Part shown: in pieces, positions 59,001-64,000 of the stretch | Position numbering within the stretch: the stretch's first letter is position 1 | How the letters are laid out: each line of letters begins with the position of its first letter | NCBI GenBank assembly: GCA_902601765.1 | Contig: CACKOO010000001.1 | Span: 807 to 64,806, forward strand | Source: Hydrogenophilales bacterium | GTDB lineage: Bacteria > Pseudomonadota > Gammaproteobacteria > Burkholderiales > Eutrophovitaceae | Reading direction: 5' to 3' | DNA length: 64,000 nt | Notes under the pieces: model-generated | Told to the model about the DNA's origin: nothing | Databases searched by the model: none | Seen by the model: the letters and a program-made list of their open reading frames with translations, nothing else | Made by a program: the position numbers and the translations under genes

Positions 59001-60410
59001 ATTAGCTTCAATCTCAGAGAAACCTTTATCTTCAATTCCCAGCTCTTTTATTTTTCTAGTTAACGTATTTCTTCCTATTCCCAGCAATTTTGAAGCTTCA
59101 ATTTTTTTACCGCTAGTAAAATTTAATGATTGGCTTATTAGTATGCGTTCGAATTCCTTACCAAACTTAAGCAGAATATCTAGCTCACCATTATTCAAAG
59201 TGTTGTTAGCTTCTTTCCTTAATGCTTTTGTCCATGATTTATTTTCTGAGGATTCTGTTTTAGCTAATAAATCTGGTGGAAGATCTTTAATGTTTACGAG
59301 ACTTCCTGGGGACATTACAGTTACCCAATGGCATGTGTTTTCCAACTGCCGTACATTTCCAGGCCAGTCTAGTTGTTGTAAAAAGTTTAAAGTTTCTTTC
59401 GTGAATAATTTTTGTTCCGTTGCCAATTTAAAAGCACTTTTTTTCATAAAAAAATCTGCGAGAATTTTGATATCTGCCCGACGGTCCTTTAAGTTTGGCA
59501 CTTCTAACCTTATGACGTTTAGTCGATGAAATAAATCTTCTCTGAATAATCCATCTTTTACTCTTTGTTCGAGGTTTTGATGCGTAGCTGCAATAATTCT
59601 TACATTAGCTTTAATTAATTCGCGGCCACCTACCCGGTAGAAATGGTTGTCAGAAATTACTCTGAGTAGCCTAGTTTGCAATTCCGAGGGCATATCCCCG
59701 ATTTCATCCAAGAATAAAGTGCCACTACTAGCCTGCTCAAATCTTCCTTCACGCATGGTTTGGGCTCCAGTAAAAGAGCCTTTTTCATGTCCAAATAGTT
59801 CAGACTCTAATAAATCCTTGGGAATAGCTGCGGTATTGATAGCGATGAAAGGTCGTTTAGATCTTTGGCTGTGTTGATGTAGAGCTTTAGCCACTAGCTC
59901 TTTTCCGGTGCCTGAAGCACCGGTTATTAAAACGGTGGTTAGAGATTGTGATAATTTACCAATCGCCCTAAAGAGATCTTGCATCGCTGGTGCTTGTCCA
60001 AGCATCTCATGTGTCGCAGGCTCTTCAGGGCCCAAATTTGCATTTTTAAGGCTTTCATCTGCCGCCCTACGGATTAGTTTTACAGCATCAGTAATATCAA
60101 AAGGCTTTGGTAAGTAATCGAAAGCCCCTTCTTGGAACGCTGATACTGCACTGTCCAAGTCTGAATACGCTGTCATTATTATCACGGGTGGGCGATGGGT
60201 TAAGTTGTTAACGTGTTTCAAAAGATCAATCCCTGATTCACCGGGCATTCTAATATCACTTACTATCACCTGAGGCTTTGTTCTTCCAAGTGCATTTATG
60301 GCACTTTCAGCAGAAGAAAATAATTCAACAGGCATCCCTTCCCTACTAAGAGCTTCTTTAAGGGTGAAGCGTATTGATGGTTCGTCGTCTATTATCCAAA
60401 TTTTTTTCAT
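58974..60410 (-). CDS. ntrC: Nitrogen regulation response regulator NtrC (sigma54 activator)
   Basis: Receiver domain (DIRMPG), AAA+ GTGKE, ESELFGHEKGSFTGA, LDEIG, WPGNVRQLEN and Fis-type HTH LGIGRNTLTRK. Confidence 0.96.
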   Translation of the reverse strand: MKKIWIIDDEPSIRFTLKEALSREGMPVELFSSAESAINALGRTKPQVIVSDIRMPGESGIDLLKHVNNLTHRPPVIIMTAYSDLDSAVSAFQEGAFDYLPKPFDITDAVKLIRRAADESLKNANLGPEEPATHEMLGQAPAMQDLFRAIGKLSQSLTTVLITGASGTGKELVAKALHQHSQRSKRPFIAINTAAIPKDLLESELFGHEKGSFTGAQTMREGRFEQASSGTLFLDEIGDMPSELQTRLLRVISDNHFYRVGGRELIKANVRIIAATHQNLEQRVKDGLFREDLFHRLNVIRLEVPNLKDRRADIKILADFFMKKSAFKLATEQKLFTKETLNFLQQLDWPGNVRQLENTCHWVTVMSPGSLVNIKDLPPDLLAKTESSENKSWTKALRKEANNTLNNGELDILLKFGKEFERILISQSLNFTSGKKIEASKLLGIGRNTLTRKIKELGIEDKGFSEIEANLGVKLSKN

Positions 60411-60454
60411 AGTATTTTAAATAAAGTAATTATTTTTTATCTGATTTGTATACT

Positions 60455-61510
60455 TCACGAACACACTGGTAAAACAATTGCGAACATTGTGCGGCCCGGG
60501 TCGCTATTTACTACTATATTTCCCCGATTTTCATTAATTAGTTTTTGAGCTATAAAAAGTCCTAAACCTGAACCACCTGGACGACCCGAAATTAGCGGAA
60601 AAAATATCTTACTCTTAATTTCTTCAGGAATTCCGGGCCCGTTATCTAGTATCGTTAGCCTAATTGCTAAAGGACACATTTTTTTTAATATGGTAACTTT
60701 CCTTACAATTTCCGTCGAAATCATTATTTGGCCATCTGGCATTACCGCTTGGGATGCATTGCGTACGATGTTCAAAACAGCTTGAATTAATTGTTCTTTA
60801 TCACCTGTCAAGTCTGGTAGGCTAACGTCAAATTTTTCATGAAATGTGATTTTATTTGGATATTCGGCTTGCGCCAAATGGATCACGTGTCTAACGATTT
60901 CATGAATATTAAATTTTTCAATGTTAGGTAGGCGGATAGGAATTAAGAGACGGTTTAAGAGGTTTTGTAACCTATCTGCCTCATAAATTATGATATCAGT
61001 AAATTGTTTTAATTTTTCAGTTTTGGGATCAGATGCAAGTAGTTGTGCGGCACCTCTTAGTCCACCCAAAGGGTTTTTTATCTCATGAGCTAAGTTTCTA
61101 ATTAATTCATGGTTTCTTTGGTTCTGGTTAAGCATCTGTTCGTCTTTTTGGATTTTTTGTAATTGACTATTGAGAGTACTGAACTCTAATAAAAATCCAG
61201 GTTTCCCACCAATCGTGGTGGGAGTTGCTGTTGATGATAAGTCTAAAGGTTCGGTGTCGTTTGACCGCACTGAATAAATGTTGTGTGTGTTGTCAAGTGA
61301 TTTGAACGTACAATCATTTTTTGTAGCTAAACTTATTACTTCATTAATAATTTCAGGGGTTTTGAAAAACAAATTTATTGGTTGATTCAACAAAGTTTTA
61401 GAACTAGTGTTGAATAAATTTTCGGCAGAAGGATTAGCGTAAAGTATTATTCTTTTACTATCTAAAAGTATTATCGCAGTAGCCGCTGCGTCTAAACCAG
61501 GAAATGTCAT
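60455..61510 (-). CDS. ntrB: Nitrogen regulation sensor kinase NtrB
   Basis: PAS domain, LAHEIKNPLGGLRGAAQLL, NIVRNA, DNGPG and GSGLGL. Confidence 0.95.
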   Translation of the reverse strand: MTFPGLDAAATAIILLDSKRIILYANPSAENLFNTSSKTLLNQPINLFFKTPEIINEVISLATKNDCTFKSLDNTHNIYSVRSNDTEPLDLSSTATPTTIGGKPGFLLEFSTLNSQLQKIQKDEQMLNQNQRNHELIRNLAHEIKNPLGGLRGAAQLLASDPKTEKLKQFTDIIIYEADRLQNLLNRLLIPIRLPNIEKFNIHEIVRHVIHLAQAEYPNKITFHEKFDVSLPDLTGDKEQLIQAVLNIVRNASQAVMPDGQIMISTEIVRKVTILKKMCPLAIRLTILDNGPGIPEEIKSKIFFPLISGRPGGSGLGLFIAQKLINENRGNIVVNSDPGRTMFAIVLPVCS

Positions 61511-61572
61511 TTAAACCATAAACCGATCTTTTTTGTTTTATTTGTTGTTAATTAGCACATCAGAAAATTATT

Positions 61573-61619
61573 AAAAAAATAAATGCCCCTAAACCATAAA
61601 GAAAATGACGATTTAGGGG
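61573..61619 (-). terminator. Hairpin / probable partial terminator between glnA and ntrB
   Basis: Minus-strand RNA CCCCUAAAUCGU-(10-nt loop)-AUGGUUUAGGGG forms 12 bp including two G-U pairs, followed by CAUUUAUUUUUUU. Confidence 0.65.
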
Positions 61620-61641
61620 AAATATAACAAATGTAATCAGA

Positions 61642-63054
61642 CTATAAACCATAGTACATATCGAATTCCACTGGGTGAGTGGTCATTCTAAATCGATTAA
61701 CCTCTTCCTCTTTGAGTTCAATATACGAGTCAATCATATCGTCCGTGAAGACCCCTCCGGTAGTTAGAAAGCCTCGGTCTTCGTCGAGCGAGGTAAGGGC
61801 TTGACGTAAAGAAAAGCAAACTGAGGGCAGTTTTTGAGCTTCCTCTGCACTCAAATCGTAAAGGTTTTTTTCGGTAGCCTCCCCTGGGTCGATTTTGTTT
61901 TTAACGCCATCTAGCCCCGCCATAAGCAATGCGGAGAAATACAAATAGGGGTTCGCCATAGCGTCTCCAAATCTTACTTCAACTCTTTTCGCTTTGTCAC
62001 TGGCAACAAAAGGGATACGACAAGCAGCCGACCTATTTCTTGCCGAGTAACACATATAAATGGGTGCTTCAAATCCCGGAACTAACCTTTTATAAGAGTT
62101 TGTAGTCGGGTTTCCCAGAGCATTTAATGCTTTAGCGTGTTTGATTATCCCACCAATGTAGTTAAGGGCAAATTGAGAGAGGCCAGCATATTGATCTCCC
62201 GCAAAAAGATTTTCACCATTTTTCCAAACGGATTGGTGGACGTGCATACCAGACCCGTTATCGTCAATTACGGGTTTGGGCATAAAGGTGGCCGTTTTGC
62301 CATAGGCAGCCGCTACATTCCAGACAGTATATTTTAGTGTTTGATTCCAATCAGCCCGCTTTACTAAGCTATTAAACTTTGTCCCGATCTCGCATTGTCC
62401 GGCCGCGGCAACTTCGTGATGGTGGACTTCTACTTCTACTCCTTGTTTCTCGAGCTCAATACAAATAGCATTTCTAATATCTTGTAAAGAGTCTGTAGGA
62501 GCAACTGGAAAGTAACCTCCTTTTACTGATGGTCTGTGCCCCATGTTGCCACCCTCATATTCTATAGAGCTAGACCATGGCGCTTCTTCCGAAAATATCT
62601 TGGCCGAACTGCCAGACATATCCACGTTCCAAGTTACTCCATCAAACACAAAAAATTCAGGCTCTGGACCAAAATAAGCAACATCTCCAAGTCCTGTTGA
62701 TTTTAGGTAATCCTCTGCTTTTCTTGCTATGGATCTGGGGTCTTTTTCGTAGCCCTCCCCACTAATCGGATCCCTTACATCGCAAGTCAGGTTTAGTACA
62801 CATTCATCGGTAAAGGGGTCCAATTTTGCTGTGTCCGGATCAGGAAAAAGAAGCATATCTGACGATTGAATTCCCTGCCATCCGGCTATTGATGAGCCAT
62901 CAAACGCGTGCCCGTCTTTGAATTTATCTTCGTCAAATGCAGAAACTGGAACACTTGCATGTTGCTCTTTCCCTTTTGTATCAGTGAACCTGAGATCTAC
63001 AAATTTCACATCGTTTTCTTTTACCATTGTCATTACTTCGGCTATTGACGTCAC
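61642..63054 (-). CDS. glnA: Glutamine synthetase type I
   Basis: Motifs [42 protein letters not shown] and adenylylation site NLYDL. GTG start at 63054 follows AGGAGAAGG. Confidence 0.98.
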   Translation of the reverse strand: MTSIAEVMTMVKENDVKFVDLRFTDTKGKEQHASVPVSAFDEDKFKDGHAFDGSSIAGWQGIQSSDMLLFPDPDTAKLDPFTDECVLNLTCDVRDPISGEGYEKDPRSIARKAEDYLKSTGLGDVAYFGPEPEFFVFDGVTWNVDMSGSSAKIFSEEAPWSSSIEYEGGNMGHRPSVKGGYFPVAPTDSLQDIRNAICIELEKQGVEVEVHHHEVAAAGQCEIGTKFNSLVKRADWNQTLKYTVWNVAAAYGKTATFMPKPVIDDNGSGMHVHQSVWKNGENLFAGDQYAGLSQFALNYIGGIIKHAKALNALGNPTTNSYKRLVPGFEAPIYMCYSARNRSAACRIPFVASDKAKRVEVRFGDAMANPYLYFSALLMAGLDGVKNKIDPGEATEKNLYDLSAEEAQKLPSVCFSLRQALTSLDEDRGFLTTGGVFTDDMIDSYIELKEEEVNRFRMTTHPVEFDMYYGL

Positions 63055-63111
63055 GTTCCTTCTCCTCAAAACTTTTATAAATTATTGATTAATTCTTACT
63101 GAAATCAATAG

Positions 63112-63127
63112 AGCAGAAAGCGTGCCT
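63112..63127 (-). promoter_or_regulatory. sigma54 (-24/-12) promoter of glnA
   Basis: Minus strand reads AGGCACGCTTTCTGCT (GG-N10-GC), 57 nt upstream of the GTG start. Confidence 0.85.
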
Positions 63128-63144
63128 AACAAAAATAAACAATA

Positions 63145-63157
63145 ATTCAATTACTTA
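63145..63157 (+). promoter_or_regulatory. Possible IHF site between the sigma54 promoter and the NtrC enhancer
   Basis: ATTCAATTACTTA has one mismatch to WATCAANNNNTTR, is preceded by an A-tract and sits where IHF is expected. The AT-rich background weakens the match. Confidence 0.4.
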
Positions 63158-63188
63158 TAATCCTGAAAAGTAAATCCTCACTTAATAC

Positions 63189-63235
63189 CGCACCATATAA
63201 GTGCAATATTAACATAAATGCACTTATATGGTGCA
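63189..63235. promoter_or_regulatory. Pair of strong NtrC-binding sites upstream of glnA
   Basis: CGCACCATATAAGTGCA (63189-63205) and TGCACTTATATGGTGCA (63219-63235) are near-consensus and 30 bp apart. Confidence 0.9.
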
Positions 63236-63321
63236 AATCCAGATACGCTCGCTCTTCTCTATCATTTCGACGGGTGTTTTGATATGGTTTGGATAAATGT
63301 AACACCATCACTTAAAATACT

Positions 63322-63780
63322 ATGTTAAAAAAGTCGGTATCAGAATTACTCGAGGAGGCAAAACGTCGGGCATTATCATTGAGTTTGCCCTATCAAGGGG
63401 CATTATTTCCCTCAGAGGTAGTGACCCTGGTGGATGCCGGGCTAGAATTAATCATTATTGATGTCCGGACTAAGGCGGAACTAGTGTTTGTTGGTCACGT
63501 TCCCGGAAGTATCCACATTGAGTGGCAGTTTTTTCCCAGCGGCCAAATAAACCCTGATTTCATTGATTTAATGAAAAAATCCATTGCCGTAGAAAAGCAC
63601 GTGGTATTTATGTGTCGCAGTGGTGCAAGATCCCATGAAGCTGCCATATTCGCCCATTCAGAGGGGTATATTCAAGTATTCAATATGGCAGAGGGATTTG
63701 AAGGAGATTTAGATTCCCAAGGGCACAGGAATGGGACCAACGGGTGGAGGCATGCAAGGCTCCCATGGAGACAATCTTAA
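63322..63780 (+). CDS. Rhodanese-like domain protein
   Basis: Motifs IDVRT.AE..FVG, active loop CRSGARS, EGFEGD and NGW....LPW.Q; divergent from glnA. Confidence 0.92.
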   Translation: MLKKSVSELLEEAKRRALSLSLPYQGALFPSEVVTLVDAGLELIIIDVRTKAELVFVGHVPGSIHIEWQFFPSGQINPDFIDLMKKSIAVEKHVVFMCRSGARSHEAAIFAHSEGYIQVFNMAEGFEGDLDSQGHRNGTNGWRHARLPWRQS

Positions 63781-63798
63781 TTTAGGTCAAAAACTAGT

Positions 63799-64000
63799 TT
63801 ATTGCCAAAGTTCCATTTGATCAAAATAGCCTAATTGCCAAAATAATAACAAAAAAGTACCTGCTATTATTCGGTACCAACCAAAAATTACAAAGCTGTG
63901 TTTACTAACAAATGAGACTAGCATTTTAACCGTAGCCAGAGCAGCCAAGAAAGCTGTCACGAATCCTAAAACAAAAATATCGATATCCTTTGGACTAAAG
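63799..64000 (-). CDS. uppP: Undecaprenyl-diphosphate phosphatase, C-terminal part only (gene runs off the window edge)
   Basis: Translated by hand: FSPKDIDIFVLGFVTAFLAALATVKMLVSFVSKHSFVIFGWYRIIAG...WQ*, the UppP/BacA C-terminal pattern (F..F.WYR). Confidence 0.85.
   Translation of the reverse strand, partial: FSPKDIDIFVLGFVTAFLAALATVKMLVSFVSKHSFVIFGWYRIIAGTFLLLFWQLGYFDQMELWQ

Noticed and set aside
58981-59529. 182-aa plus-strand ORF opposite ntrC
   Set aside because: Antisense shadow with no motif; its composition mirrors ntrC codons.
59760-59790. NtrC GSFTGA instead of GAFTGA as a sign of sigma54 independence
   Set aside because: GSFTGA is a common variant that keeps the key F and T, and intact sigma54 promoters with NtrC sites are present.
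60408-60420. Identical 13-mer TTAAAATACTATG at the starts of ntrC (minus strand) and the rhodanese gene (63312-63324)
   Set aside because: Almost entirely A/T and includes the ATG; with only two copies, chance is not excluded and no mechanism is evident.

Overview
This window is AT-rich (roughly 35-40% GC by eye), very densely packed core chromosome from a betaproteobacterium. The taxonomic call rests on gene orders (rpe-gph-trpEGDC, glnK-amtB/gshB-EIIA-HPr-ptsI, miaB-ybeZ-ybeY-corC-lnt-glyQS-gmhB-plsC, yqgE-ruvX-pyrRBC'), a lipoyl-domain LpdA, the GlyS MTYQLxDG motif and a classical porin. It holds about 68 CDS, nearly all housekeeping, and one tRNA(CAT). I found no integrase, transposase, prophage, CRISPR array or defence genes. 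A complete Ntr circuit can be read from the DNA: glnA-ntrB-ntrC and glnK-amtB each have a sigma54 -24/-12 promoter and a pair of NtrC sites 30 bp apart. Three real CDS are not called by the ORF track as such: an LptM-like lipoprotein before lysA, a 40-aa membrane protein whose ATG overlaps the mltA ATG head-to-head, and the 3' end of uppP. I cannot demonstrate a new biological system here. The best leads, all inferential, are an orphan lipoprotein plus membrane-anchored TPR/SPOR-like pair after the porin (45.1-46.5 kb), a peptidase-amidase-secreted protein cluster beside glnK-amtB (14.9-18.6 kb) and the mltA-overlapping small protein.
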